Numbered from the stretch's first letter, positions 36,084 to 46,550 are shown. The stretch: DNA of 64,000 bases from Fidelibacterota bacterium (GCA_021734505.1 JAIPIT010000001.1:1693-65692), one strand, 5' to 3'. The notes: generated from the sequence alone by a model not told the origin. A program made the numbers and translations.

Positions 36084-37775
36084 TTATTTTTCAATTGATT
36101 TTTCCGGATTTTTCCCAAAGATAAATATCAACCCGGCAACAGCCGCTAAACCAACCAGCAGGCTGAAATAAACAGGTAAGCCCAAAGCTGTCGGAATAAA
36201 ACAGGCAAATATGCTGATTCCCGCAACCGGGAGTGCATACATCAACTGTGTGTTCACGTGGGCAATATGGTCACACCCCGCGCCCATGGATGACAAAATA
36301 GTCGTATCGGAAATGGGAGAACAGTGATCTCCGAAAATAGCACCCGACAAAACGGCACCAATGCTCATATAAAGGAAACTTGGTTCCGGCGATACAGCAT
36401 AAGCCAGGGGAATTGCGAGCGGCATTAGAATACCCATCGTTCCGTAGGACGTTCCCGTTGCAAATGAAATAAAAGCACCGAGAATAAAAATAATAGCCGC
36501 CAGCAGGAAGGGCGGCATATTTCCACTGATGACCCCAACAAGAAAATCAGCCGTGCCCAATTTTCCAATGATACCGCTTAATGACCAGGCAAGGATCAGG
36601 ATCGTCACGGTAATGACCATAGCACCCGCACCCTTGATCCATGTATTGACCGCATCTTTAAGAGAAAATATTTTTTGTCGCCAACCCATAAAGATCGCAA
36701 GAAGACTTGCAAAGACGGCCGCTTGGGTCAGGGCAATACTGGCATTGGATTCCGCGAAACATTCCCGTAAAAAGACAAAAGAAAAATTACCGCTTACCGT
36801 CGCGATCAATTCCGAATTGCCCGAGGCAAGAATATTTTGATATCCATTATAAAACAATGCCGCAAAAGCACCAACAATCAAGGTCAAAACGGGTACAAGG
36901 GCATTAGATATTTTAAGTTTCGTGTTTTTCGAAACAGCAAGTTTTTCTGTATCTACAGCGGACATTAGATTTGCACCATCAGCAAAAACCTTACCCTCAA
37001 GCCTGGCCCGGCGTTCCGCTTTTAGCATGGGACCGAAATCCCGGCGCCACTTTGCGCTAATAAAAATGAAAGCCAGAATGAGTAATGAATAAAAACGATA
37101 GGGAATGGTATGAATGAAAACACTGTAGGCATTGGCTTCAATTCCCAACATAGCATAACCGTGTTTGATCAGACCAAGCTCATAACCGATCCAAGTTGAG
37201 ATCAGAGCAATATCGGCAATGGGGGCTGCCGTAGAATCAATAATGAATGCCAGCTTTTCGCGAGAGACTTTCATCTTGTCCGTAACCGGTCGCATAATAG
37301 GACCTACCGTCAATAGGTTTGCGTAATCATCAAAGAAAATAAAAATACCCATGAGCCAGGTATAAATTTGTGCGGCAGCAGCAGAACGAGCTTTTTTAGA
37401 TAATTTCTCGGCAATGGCACGGGTTCCACCCATAACGGCCACAAGTGCAATTAATCCACCTATCGTGAAAGTTTGAATAACAATTCCTGCATTCCAGGAA
37501 TCCGAAAGAGCTAAAACAAATTCTTGGGTCATTAAAACAAAACCACGAATGATCGCCGTCAATTTTGGTCCCGTTTGCAGAACGATCATATAAGCTCCGG
37601 AAAAGATTCCGATGAACAAAGAGACAACAACATTCTTGGTCACAAAAGCCAAGGTTATGGCGACCAGGGGAGGAAGGATACTCCAGAATTTCCAGCCAGC
37701 GGCATAGTGGGGAGCAAGGATAGGCATAAGGATGAGGATGAGCAATATAAAAATCAGCGTTAATATTCTTTTCAT
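36084..37775 (-). CDS. NhaC-family Na+/H+ antiporter-like transporter (second paralog)
   Basis: Polytopic; GAIFGDHCSPISDTTILSSM motif; 563 aa. Confidence 0.7.
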   Translation of the reverse strand: MKRILTLIFILLILILMPILAPHYAAGWKFWSILPPLVAITLAFVTKNVVVSLFIGIFSGAYMIVLQTGPKLTAIIRGFVLMTQEFVLALSDSWNAGIVIQTFTIGGLIALVAVMGGTRAIAEKLSKKARSAAAAQIYTWLMGIFIFFDDYANLLTVGPIMRPVTDKMKVSREKLAFIIDSTAAPIADIALISTWIGYELGLIKHGYAMLGIEANAYSVFIHTIPYRFYSLLILAFIFISAKWRRDFGPMLKAERRARLEGKVFADGANLMSAVDTEKLAVSKNTKLKISNALVPVLTLIVGAFAALFYNGYQNILASGNSELIATVSGNFSFVFLRECFAESNASIALTQAAVFASLLAIFMGWRQKIFSLKDAVNTWIKGAGAMVITVTILILAWSLSGIIGKLGTADFLVGVISGNMPPFLLAAIIFILGAFISFATGTSYGTMGILMPLAIPLAYAVSPEPSFLYMSIGAVLSGAIFGDHCSPISDTTILSSMGAGCDHIAHVNTQLMYALPVAGISIFACFIPTALGLPVYFSLLVGLAAVAGLIFIFGKNPEKSIEK

Positions 37776-37776
37776 A

Positions 37777-39615
37777 TTATTTTACCAAGACCATTTTTTG
37801 AGTTGCTTGAAGTTTGTTATTGATTTTTAATGTACATATATATATCCCGGATGGATGAGAAGAGGCATCCCATAAAAGTTCATGATACCCCGCTTCATAT
37901 ATTCCTTTTGAAAGCGTATTGATCTTTTTTCCATTTAGATCATAAATAGATAGATCTATATCGCTGACAGCAGCAAGCTGAACGCCGATAGCGGTTCTTG
38001 GATTAAAGGGATTGGGATAAGTCTTTAATAATTCATGTGTTTCGGGGACAATATCTTTTGTCCCAATAATAACTTTCGGGCGACTGATCGTGATGTCATC
38101 AAGTGTGATATATCCGGCGGACTGGTCGAATTTTACCCCAAGATAAACATCAGTATTTTTATATGGACGTAAGGCGTAAGCATACTCTGTCCAGTTGTTT
38201 GTAGTGGGGGCAATTGTTCCTAATTCTGTTGTAAAACTGGTTCTTATTGTATCGGTGTTTGACAGGTACACCGTACATCGTCGTCCAGTATATACCATAT
38301 GGGCCCAAATTGACAAAGCGGCATTATCGTGATCAGGTATATGGATCTTTGGTGAAATCAACCATTGGTCAACATCATCAAAGCCATACGCCAAATCGCC
38401 GCTGCGAACCATATCATATGCTCCGTTCTCTCCCCAAAACCCACCACCGCCATAAACCCAACCTGCCTCGAAACCCTCAAAGCTTGTGTAGGCATATCGG
38501 GTAATGTCATCGGTATTCGGGTGGATATTAAATACGGCAGCCTGTTGGTCAGTATAGTCATGACTCTCTGCTGGGTTTAGGGCCGATAACAAAAACCAAC
38601 CATCGTAGTATCCACCCCAACCCCAGTTAAAATGAAAATAAGTACTTGTTGTGGATTGATAGCCATCCAGTAAAAAGGCATGACCACCGCCATCGCCCTG
38701 ACCGCGATAAGGCAGCGGCCTGCCGGCATCAAGTTCTTGTATGATCATTGTTTTCCATTCAGTATCAGTATAATCTTCTTTTTCTCGCTGTATCATTTCA
38801 ATTCCATAATCGTAATGACTCACCAAAGCATACATCATATCTTCGTAAGCCGCAGAAGATCCACCAGGTTGAAAATCCATTTCAACGGAGACAGCACACT
38901 GATAAAGGAAGAGTGAAACATCTTCCACCTGATCGGGATATGCGGTCAATCCACCGGAGCGTGTACAGAGTGAATCCGGCATATTCTCATAATCGTAATA
39001 GGTCGTATCATGCCAGGCCGATAAAAGACTATCGGTCGTTTCGCTGTAGTACCAGCGCTTACCGAATCCCCGTTGAGGATGTTCGTAATAGTTCATTAAT
39101 TGCCCCATGACAACAGCCACACAACCGACATAGGCTTTTTGTGTTGAATATCCGGGCAGAATAAAGTATGGAAATTTATCATTGTAATATCGTGTTTGAT
39201 TCCATGTTGACGATATCAGTGGTTGTACAGCAGACGTGGCGGTCGCCTTGTTTAATGTTCCGGCTTCTGCGTAATTCCAATCCGAGTGTGTAATACGCTC
39301 ATCAGATTTTAAAGCTTGAATTTCTTTATCATATTGTTTGCACATATCGTCAAATGCCGGGTTTTGCTGATTTACCGGCGCATTTTCAGAGTAAGCAAGA
39401 ATCGCCGGGAACCCATCATCAGCCGAGCTAAGAACAAAACCGCCGTTCTTAAAAGTACTTAGATAAAGATGATCTGAAAGTTGTACACAGTCGGTTAGTG
39501 TTTTTTGCGGGAACGTGTTTATGGCAACAGTTCGAGCTTCTTCAATACTCACCGGCTTAGCGAAAATAAAAGATATAATGCCAAAGAGGCAAATGATGCA
39601 CTTAAAGGTCTTCAT
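37777..39615 (-). CDS. Peptidase C10 (streptopain-family cysteine protease) with a T9SS C-terminal sorting domain
   Basis: Signal peptide; WNQTRYYNDKFPY...VGCVAVVMGQLMNYY (catalytic Cys), GGGHAFLLDGY (His), HFNWGWGGYYDGWF; C-terminus YPNPFNPRTAI...GIYICTLKI. Confidence 0.8.
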   Translation of the reverse strand: MKTFKCIICLFGIISFIFAKPVSIEEARTVAINTFPQKTLTDCVQLSDHLYLSTFKNGGFVLSSADDGFPAILAYSENAPVNQQNPAFDDMCKQYDKEIQALKSDERITHSDWNYAEAGTLNKATATSAVQPLISSTWNQTRYYNDKFPYFILPGYSTQKAYVGCVAVVMGQLMNYYEHPQRGFGKRWYYSETTDSLLSAWHDTTYYDYENMPDSLCTRSGGLTAYPDQVEDVSLFLYQCAVSVEMDFQPGGSSAAYEDMMYALVSHYDYGIEMIQREKEDYTDTEWKTMIIQELDAGRPLPYRGQGDGGGHAFLLDGYQSTTSTYFHFNWGWGGYYDGWFLLSALNPAESHDYTDQQAAVFNIHPNTDDITRYAYTSFEGFEAGWVYGGGGFWGENGAYDMVRSGDLAYGFDDVDQWLISPKIHIPDHDNAALSIWAHMVYTGRRCTVYLSNTDTIRTSFTTELGTIAPTTNNWTEYAYALRPYKNTDVYLGVKFDQSAGYITLDDITISRPKVIIGTKDIVPETHELLKTYPNPFNPRTAIGVQLAAVSDIDLSIYDLNGKKINTLSKGIYEAGYHELLWDASSHPSGIYICTLKINNKLQATQKMVLVK

Positions 39616-39798
39616 AATTATAACCCCGTTTTACTATAAATAAGTTAAGCCTAAAAATGCAAAACGCAAAACGCAAATTAATCCTCCAAAGCTTTAACGA
39701 TAGTGAATAACAAAAACAAAAAACAAGAGCATATTTTTGCTTACCCACCACCCCATTCCATCCTTTATTATTGACGTCAAAAACATTATATTTCTAAC

Positions 39799-40668
39799 AT
39801 GTACAAAAGCATTACTTGTAAAACGGCACTGAATCATCTAAACAGTAATTATTTACCGTATGAATGGGATTTGAATATTTATCGGGGATGTCTGCATCAT
39901 TGCCAATATTGCTATGCTTTGTATTCGCATAATTACTTGAACTCAGGAGACTTTTTCGGATCTATTTATGTCAAAGAGAACATTGTTGAAGTGCTGGAAA
40001 CCCAGTTGAAAAAACAAAGCTGGAAACACGAGACAATTAATCTTGGAGGTGTGACCGACAGTTATCAGGCAATTGAAACCGTGAAGAAATTCATGCCCGA
40101 GATCCTTCGTCTATTAATTAAATACCGGACCCCCATTTCTATTTCAACCAAATCAAAGCTTCTTCTCCGGGACAAAGAATTGTTTGAAGAGCTGGCAGAG
40201 GTCGCGGGAGCCCATGTGGCGATCAGCGTAACAACATTTGATGAAGAACTTCGAAAAAAGATCGAACCGGCATCATCGACAACAACAGAAAGATTCAAAA
40301 TCCTAGAGGCTTTTAAGGGTACAAAAGTCATGGCGGGTGTGCTGATGATGCCGATCTTGCCGTATTTAACAGATAGTGAAGAAAATCTCAGAACGCTGTT
40401 TAAGTCCGCCCGGGAAGCGCAAGCGGACTATGTGGTACCGGGACTTTTAAACCTTAGACAACCAACAAAGGGACACTTTCTGAATTTTATAAAAACGACG
40501 TTTCCCGAATTGTATACCGCTTATGTAGACTATTATTCCGGAAAAGCAGATAAAAAGGCCTATCGTCAAACGGTATATGGCAGGATTTCTAAATTAAAAA
40601 AAGAATATCCGCTAACGCCAAAGCAGCGGCCTTTTCCACGGGGACCGGAGCAATTAACCCTGTTTTAG
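39799..40668 (+). CDS. Radical SAM protein, SPL/DNA-repair-photolyase-like (COG1533-type)
   Basis: YRGCLHHCQYCYA CxxxCxxC motif; 289 aa. A paralog lies at 47178-48047. Confidence 0.7.
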   Translation: MYKSITCKTALNHLNSNYLPYEWDLNIYRGCLHHCQYCYALYSHNYLNSGDFFGSIYVKENIVEVLETQLKKQSWKHETINLGGVTDSYQAIETVKKFMPEILRLLIKYRTPISISTKSKLLLRDKELFEELAEVAGAHVAISVTTFDEELRKKIEPASSTTTERFKILEAFKGTKVMAGVLMMPILPYLTDSEENLRTLFKSAREAQADYVVPGLLNLRQPTKGHFLNFIKTTFPELYTAYVDYYSGKADKKAYRQTVYGRISKLKKEYPLTPKQRPFPRGPEQLTLF

Positions 40669-40695
40669 GGCCGGGGTAAATATGATTGATCGTCA

Positions 40696-41295
40696 ATGAA
40701 ACGGAGACATATGAAAAAAAGGTGTGACTGGTGCGAAAATGATCTTTTATACATGGCATATCATGATGAAGAATGGGGCGTCCCGCTTCATGATGATCGA
40801 GCGTTGTTCGAATTTTTAGTTTTGGAGGGCGCTCAGGCCGGCTTAAGTTGGTTAACGATATTGAAAAAACGAGAAAACTACAGAAAGGCTTTTCATAATT
40901 TCGATTGTAAAAAAGTTGCCGCTTATACGGAAGAAGATGTATGTCGCTTATTGGCTGATCCCGGTATTGTACGAAATCGATTAAAGATCAATTCGGCTAT
41001 CCAAAATGCACGGACAGCTATAAAAATAAAAGAAGAATTTGGCTCTTTTGATGCATATTTATGGCATTATGTTGATGGCACCCCTAAGCAAAATGCGTGG
41101 AAATCTATGGCAGAACTTCCAGCCTCGACAGAACTATCCGGATTGATCAGTAAAGATCTAAAAAAGCGCGGATTTAATTTTGTCGGACCAACAATTATTT
41201 ACGCATTAATGCAGGCGGTTGGTATGGTGAACGACCATACGGTCGATTGTTTTCGTTATGAAGAAATAAAAGAAACCTCAAGGGCCGCTTTTTAA
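40696..41295 (+). CDS. tag: DNA-3-methyladenine glycosylase I
   Basis: CDWCENDLLYMAYHDEEWGVPLHDDRALFEFLVLEGAQAGLSWLTILKKRENY. The start could instead be the internal Met at 40711. Confidence 0.9.
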   Translation: MKRRHMKKRCDWCENDLLYMAYHDEEWGVPLHDDRALFEFLVLEGAQAGLSWLTILKKRENYRKAFHNFDCKKVAAYTEEDVCRLLADPGIVRNRLKINSAIQNARTAIKIKEEFGSFDAYLWHYVDGTPKQNAWKSMAELPASTELSGLISKDLKKRGFNFVGPTIIYALMQAVGMVNDHTVDCFRYEEIKETSRAAF

Positions 41296-41296
41296 C

Positions 41297-42496
41297 ATGA
41301 CAGACTCACTTTCTATTCATCAAGCCAGGAAACTGATATTATTATCACAGCATTTGCCAACCACGCGGCAAGAAGGATCTGCCGTTTCGGCCACGCTGTC
41401 CACCATTGAACATCTTGGTTATATACAGATCGATACAATTTCAGCAATACAAAGAGCGCATCATCACACGCTATGGAATCGAAACCCTCGTTATAAGATC
41501 TCTCATCTTGAGAACTTGCTTGAAGACAAACGGATCTTTGAATATTGGTCACATGCCGCGGCTTATTTACCCATGCGCGATTATCGATACAGTCTGATCC
41601 GTAAAAAAGCATTTGCACAGGGAGATCAGGACCATTGGTATGAACGAGACCCCGGATTAATGAGATCGGTTATGAAGCGAATTGCCGATGAAGGCCCCTT
41701 GATGTCCAAAGATTTCGAAGAGAAGAAGAAATTCCGAGGAGAATGGTCGTATAAACCTGCGAAGCGCGCATTAGAATATTTGTTTATGCAGGGTGAACTA
41801 ATGATCCCCCGGCGGGAAAATTTTCAAAAAGTGTATGACCTGACTGAGCGGGTTTTACCCGAAAATATTGATACCAGCACGCCTGACACAAAGGAGTATG
41901 GACGCTTTTTGATCACGAGATTTTTAAAGGCGAACGGATTAGGGAAAACCTCAGAGATAAGCTATTTACAAAGAAATACAAAAACACTTGTAGAAAACAC
42001 TCTATTCGAAATGTTGAGTGCAAACGAATTGATACGGGTCGACATAAAAGGCGATAGTTATTTTGCCTTGCCGGATTCACTCGAGGTGTTAAATATGCCA
42101 TTAGTCCGAAATAAAGTAAAAATACTTTCACCTTTCGATAATTTGCTTATTCAGCGCAAGCGCATACAAAATTTCTTTGACTTTGATTATATGCTTGAAT
42201 GTTATACACCGGCTGAAAAACGACAATACGGTTATTTTTCACTGCCGGTATTGTGGGACGGAAAGCTTGTAGCGCGCGTGGATTGTAAGGCTGAAAGAAA
42301 AAGCGGTATGTTAAATATTCAACATCTTGTGCTTGAACCGGGGCTCAAAAAGACCGAGGCATTTGCCTCTGCTTTATCTAAAGAAATCGAGAACTTCATG
42401 CGCTTCAATAACTGCATTGATCTTAAGCTGCACAAAACAACCCCCGCCGCGTTTAAAGAAGTTTTGGAAAACTCATATATGAGCACAAAAAAATAG
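41297..42496 (+). CDS. YcaQ/AlkZ-family winged-helix protein (interstrand-crosslink DNA glycosylase family)
   Basis: LGYIQIDTISAIQRAHHHTLWNR block and a size of about 400 aa, typical of DUF1006/YcaQ. Confidence 0.6.
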   Translation: MTDSLSIHQARKLILLSQHLPTTRQEGSAVSATLSTIEHLGYIQIDTISAIQRAHHHTLWNRNPRYKISHLENLLEDKRIFEYWSHAAAYLPMRDYRYSLIRKKAFAQGDQDHWYERDPGLMRSVMKRIADEGPLMSKDFEEKKKFRGEWSYKPAKRALEYLFMQGELMIPRRENFQKVYDLTERVLPENIDTSTPDTKEYGRFLITRFLKANGLGKTSEISYLQRNTKTLVENTLFEMLSANELIRVDIKGDSYFALPDSLEVLNMPLVRNKVKILSPFDNLLIQRKRIQNFFDFDYMLECYTPAEKRQYGYFSLPVLWDGKLVARVDCKAERKSGMLNIQHLVLEPGLKKTEAFASALSKEIENFMRFNNCIDLKLHKTTPAAFKEVLENSYMSTKK

Positions 42497-42655
42497 AAGT
42501 TTAATTTTCCCCAATTTCACACTCTAAGCACTTTTCGCATTAATGGCTGTCCCAAACGGCCATAATTATAATTTTTCCTTTATACTTTATGCGTTTGCCT
42601 TTAAGGTAGTTTTGATTATATTCCGTCTAGTAATGTTTAAATAATGGAGGGAAAC

Positions 42656-43948
42656 ATGAAGAACGCATTACGGATTTTACTTGTATTGACAATCTTACTT
42701 ACCGCCTTTGCACAGGCAGATGATTTTGTTAAAACCGGAATTAATGTCGGCCCGTTGCCGTCAGTGGCGTTTAACTCAGATACCGGATTTCAGTATGGTT
42801 TATTGGCAAACATCTTCTTTTATGGGGATGGGGCTATTTATCCCGATTACTATCATAACCTTTATGTTGAATGGAATAATACAACTAAAGGTGCCGGACT
42901 TGCACAGGTTACCTATGATTCAAAATACTTGATCCCCGGTATCCGCGTAACAGCCGATTTGAGTAACGTTATCAAACAAGCGTGGGGTTTCTATGGTTTC
43001 AATGGAGCCGAATCAAAATACAATGCAGCTTGGGTTGATAAAGAAAACATTAGCTATAAAAACTCTCTTTATTATGCCATGAAACGCAATCAACTGCGCT
43101 TTACGGTGAATTTTCAGGGTAACATTACCGACGAATCATTTCGCTGGTTGGGCGGTTTGGGAATTATGAACTTCAATGTAGGTTCAGTTTCCGATACGCG
43201 TGCCTGGGACTCCAGTTTTGTTGACCAATCAACGCTTTACGATGATATGGTCGATTGGGGTGCTATTAGCGCACAGGAAGCCGACGGCGGACTTGTGACT
43301 TATTTTAAAGCCGGTGTAGTATATGACTCACGCGATAACGAAGCTTGTCCTATGAGTGGTCTTTGGGAAGAATTGGTTATGACCTACGCCCCCGGTTTTC
43401 TTGGAGAAGGCGGCGGTTGGCTACAGATGACAGCTATTCATCGTCAATATTTTACACTTGTGAAAGACAAACTGTCTTTAACCTATCGATTGGGCTATCA
43501 AGGTATATTGGCCGGAAATCAACCATTTTACATGCAGGGCAATTTAGCGAACTCCAAAAGCAATGTTGACGGCCTTGGCGGAAGCAAAACCGTTCGTGGT
43601 ATTATGGGCTCAAGACTTGTTGGTGATGGTTATGCATATGCCAACCTTGAGGCGCGCTGGAAGATCGTAAGATTCAACTGGATCGGTCAAAGTTGGTATT
43701 TTGGAATTAATCCTTTTGTTGACGCCGGTATGGTGGTTCAGCCTTATGCTTATGACAAAACAGGTATTCCCGCCGGTGTATATGATGATTATATCTCAGG
43801 GAACAATGAAACATTGCACCTCGGTTATGGTCTCGGTATTAAACTTGCCATGAATGAAAACATGATCCTGGCAGTTGATTATGGTTTTGCCGGTTCAAGC
43901 AATGATGGCAGCACGGGACTTTACATCGGACTTGGCTATCTCTATTAA
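42656..43948 (+). CDS. Omp85/BamA-like outer-membrane beta-barrel protein (barrel only)
   Basis: GGAGGG RBS; signal peptide ending AFAQA; GGSKTVRG motif; C-terminal strand GLYIGLGYLY. Confidence 0.5.
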   Translation: MKNALRILLVLTILLTAFAQADDFVKTGINVGPLPSVAFNSDTGFQYGLLANIFFYGDGAIYPDYYHNLYVEWNNTTKGAGLAQVTYDSKYLIPGIRVTADLSNVIKQAWGFYGFNGAESKYNAAWVDKENISYKNSLYYAMKRNQLRFTVNFQGNITDESFRWLGGLGIMNFNVGSVSDTRAWDSSFVDQSTLYDDMVDWGAISAQEADGGLVTYFKAGVVYDSRDNEACPMSGLWEELVMTYAPGFLGEGGGWLQMTAIHRQYFTLVKDKLSLTYRLGYQGILAGNQPFYMQGNLANSKSNVDGLGGSKTVRGIMGSRLVGDGYAYANLEARWKIVRFNWIGQSWYFGINPFVDAGMVVQPYAYDKTGIPAGVYDDYISGNNETLHLGYGLGIKLAMNENMILAVDYGFAGSSNDGSTGLYIGLGYLY

Positions 43949-43954
43949 ACGACA

Positions 43955-44320
43955 ATGAAATATTTATTTATCGCGTTGGGCGGCGCCCTTGGTGCCGTCC
44001 TTCGTTTTTCTATCTCATCTTTACTCTATGCCGCATCAAACGGCAACTTCCCATGGGGAACCCTGGCTGTCAACGTACTGGGCTCTTTTTTATTGGCCCT
44101 TTTTATTGGTTTGACCGGCGGGGAGCACACGGCTTGGTACTTCTTTCTTGCGATTGGTCTCCTGGGAGCGTTTACCACATTTTCCACCTTCAGTATGGAA
44201 ACTTTTTTATTATTCAAAGTCGCTGCGGTCTGGCCGGCTATCGTAAATATGGCGGCCAATATGGGACTTGGTTTAGGTGTCGCGATCGGGGGCTTTTTTC
44301 TTGGTGAATATCTAAGATAA
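43955..44320 (+). CDS. crcB: Fluoride channel CrcB/FluC
   Basis: GGALGAVLRF, GTLAVNVLGSF and LGAFTTFSTFS motifs; 121 aa. Confidence 0.9.
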   Translation: MKYLFIALGGALGAVLRFSISSLLYAASNGNFPWGTLAVNVLGSFLLALFIGLTGGEHTAWYFFLAIGLLGAFTTFSTFSMETFLLFKVAAVWPAIVNMAANMGLGLGVAIGGFFLGEYLR

Positions 44321-44570
44321 TTTTGATTTAGTTGTACTCGGATCCAAAGTAAGTCTGGTGTTTAAACAAACCACGACCTTAGCCCCAACCTTATCTTGAC
44401 CCCAACCTTAACCTTGTACATCAAAATATTTTTCACTACTATTGCTTTCGGAAGAAAATTATCATAATTTCAATTGATTATTTATAATTGGTTTAGGTAA
44501 TTACGGGAGCCACTGCCGCATTTTCGGAGTGGCGCGTTTTACATTAACGGGAAATTTAAGGAGTGAAACA

Positions 44571-45689
44571 ATGGCCAAATACCGCATTGGATGGTTGCCC
44601 GGCGACGGTGTCGGCAACGAGGTGATGGAAGCTGCAAAGATCGTTCTTGACAAAATGGAATTTGACGCCGAATATATCCATGGTGATATCGGCTGGGAAT
44701 TCTGGAAAACAGAAGGGGATGCGTTTCCTCAGCGAACCATTGACATGTTAAATACGGTAGATTGTGCCCTGTTTGGCGCAATTACATCCAAACCCAAAGA
44801 AGAAGCAGAAAAAGAATTGATCCCCGAACTACAGGGAAACGGGAAAGTGTATTTTAGTCCTATCGTTCGCATGCGCCAACTTTTTAATCTTCATACGAAT
44901 ATGCGCCCATGTAAAGCCTATGCAGGAAACCCCTTAAATTATAAAGATGATATTGATATTACGATCTTCCGTGAAAACACAGAAGGTATGTATGGCGGTA
45001 TTGAATTTTTCCCGCTTCCTCAAGATGTATATGATGCCCTGGACAGAAATCACCCCAAGATGAAAAAATTCAAAGCTGCCGGTCTTGAGAATATTGCCCT
45101 TTCAACGCGTATTATGACCAAGCAAGGCTGTAAGAATATTGTTACAAATGCTTTTGAATATGCAAAAGCATACGGTAAAAAAGCAGTTACCGTTTGTGAT
45201 AAACCCAATGTGCTTCGTGAGACCGGAGGACTGATGATCAGAACCGCACGCGAAGTGGCCAAAAACTATCCGGGCATTGAACTTTGGGAAACCAATATCG
45301 ATGCACAATGTATGTGGTTAGTAAAAGACCCCGGCAACTATGAAGTTATCGTAGCCGAAAATATGTTTGGAGATATTTTATCTGATCTTTCAGCACAGCT
45401 TGTCGGTGGGCTTGGATTTGCTTGCTCGGCAAATATCGGTGATAAATTAGCCGTGTTTGAACCGACTCACGGATCTGCCCCAAAATACTACGGACTATAT
45501 AAAGTTAACCCCATTGCCATGATCCTGACAGCAAAAATGATGCTTGACTGGCTGGGTGAAAGTGAAATGGCCGAAAAACTTGAAAAAGCGGTTGCCGAAG
45601 TTATTGCCGAAGGAAAAGTGAGGACCTATGATATGGGCGGAAGCAATACTTCATTGGAAGTTGCGGAAGCAATTTCAGCTAAATTGTAA
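44571..45689 (+). CDS. Isocitrate/isopropylmalate dehydrogenase family protein
   Basis: LPGDGVGNEV and NMFGDILSDLSAQLVGGLGFACSANIG motifs; AAGGAG RBS before MAKYRIG. Substrate not assignable by eye. Confidence 0.8.
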   Translation: MAKYRIGWLPGDGVGNEVMEAAKIVLDKMEFDAEYIHGDIGWEFWKTEGDAFPQRTIDMLNTVDCALFGAITSKPKEEAEKELIPELQGNGKVYFSPIVRMRQLFNLHTNMRPCKAYAGNPLNYKDDIDITIFRENTEGMYGGIEFFPLPQDVYDALDRNHPKMKKFKAAGLENIALSTRIMTKQGCKNIVTNAFEYAKAYGKKAVTVCDKPNVLRETGGLMIRTAREVAKNYPGIELWETNIDAQCMWLVKDPGNYEVIVAENMFGDILSDLSAQLVGGLGFACSANIGDKLAVFEPTHGSAPKYYGLYKVNPIAMILTAKMMLDWLGESEMAEKLEKAVAEVIAEGKVRTYDMGGSNTSLEVAEAISAKL

Positions 45690-45714
45690 CTAGAAACCAG
45701 TAACCAGAAACTGG
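45687..45714 (+). repeat. Heptamer array beginning at the stop codon: TAACTAG AAACCAG TAACCAG AAACTGG
   Basis: Read directly. Stops at 45687, 45691 and 45701 close all three frames within 17 nt. Followed by a terminator. Confidence 0.6.
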
Positions 45715-45725
45715 AAATATATGAG

Positions 45726-45751
45726 ACCCGGCTTTATGCCGGGTTTTTTTA
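45726..45751 (+). terminator. Intrinsic terminator
   Basis: ACCCGGC-TTTAT-GCCGGGT followed by TTTTTTT. Confidence 0.85.
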
Positions 45752-45881
45752 TTTAAGTTTTTAACAACAATGCATAATAATTAAGAATATTAACCAATGT
45801 CTTGCATAATATTAAAATATTTAATAAAAACACTTGACAATATTAATTTAGTTAATTATTATATTGCCGAAAGGAGATATT

Positions 45882-46265
45882 ATGATACACGAATGGCAAG
45901 CTTTAATAAAAATGACGGGCGGAAAACCGGTGAAAGTAACTAAAGTGGAAATACCCGAAACCGGCATATCGATAGAAGGGGAATTTAAACTTCCGGCCTT
46001 GGCGCAACTTTCGGCGGAAGATCAATTATTCGCGGCGGTGTTCCTGAAGACCCATGGCTCGATCAAACAAATGGAAAAATTCTTTGGGATCAGCTATCCT
46101 ACCGTTAAGAATCGCTTGAACAAGATCGGCGGTCATCTTGACATGGTGAATATTGATGTTGTGATCGAAGAACCCGAAAAGGATAAAGAAGAACGAATGG
46201 ATATTTTGGATCGGCTGGGGAATGGTGAAATATCTCTGGATGAAGCCTTAAAAGGGCTGGAGTAA
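45882..46265 (+). CDS. DUF2089-family DNA-binding protein
   Basis: LFAAVFLKTHGSIKQMEKFFGISYPTVKNRLNKI HTH block and a SHOCT-like tail ISLDEALKGL; AAAGGAG RBS. Confidence 0.6.
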   Translation: MIHEWQALIKMTGGKPVKVTKVEIPETGISIEGEFKLPALAQLSAEDQLFAAVFLKTHGSIKQMEKFFGISYPTVKNRLNKIGGHLDMVNIDVVIEEPEKDKEERMDILDRLGNGEISLDEALKGLE

Positions 46266-46268
46266 AAA

Positions 46269-46550
46269 ATGAGCATTAGAATTATCACCAAAAATAAAGA
46301 AAAACCTTTCAGATTATATTTACCCGGGATCTTATTCTACTTTTTCCTTTTACTTTTTATAATTCTGCTTATTGTCCCGATCATAATAATTATGATCGGG
46401 CTATTGGTCTGGAATCTGATACCGGGTCAGGACAAAAGGGCAAGAGCATATACGCGGATATTCTTTAGTGTACCCAAAATATTCTTGTCAATAAGAGGGT
46501 TGACTGTTGATGTGGAATCAAAAGATACAATTGTAAAGATCAAATTTTAG
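46269..46550 (+). CDS. Small membrane protein
   Basis: 93 aa with two TM helices; sits between the DUF2089 and SHOCT-like genes. Confidence 0.45.
   Translation: MSIRIITKNKEKPFRLYLPGILFYFFLLLFIILLIVPIIIIMIGLLVWNLIPGQDKRARAYTRIFFSVPKIFLSIRGLTVDVESKDTIVKIKF

Noticed and set aside
42497-43954. Fluoride (crcB-motif) riboswitch controlling crcB.
   Set aside because: crcB starts 7 nt after the Omp85-like gene, and the leader at 42497-42655 lacks the conserved GAUGG...CUAAUGAUG-type core. Only a simple ATGGC/GCCAT hairpin is present.
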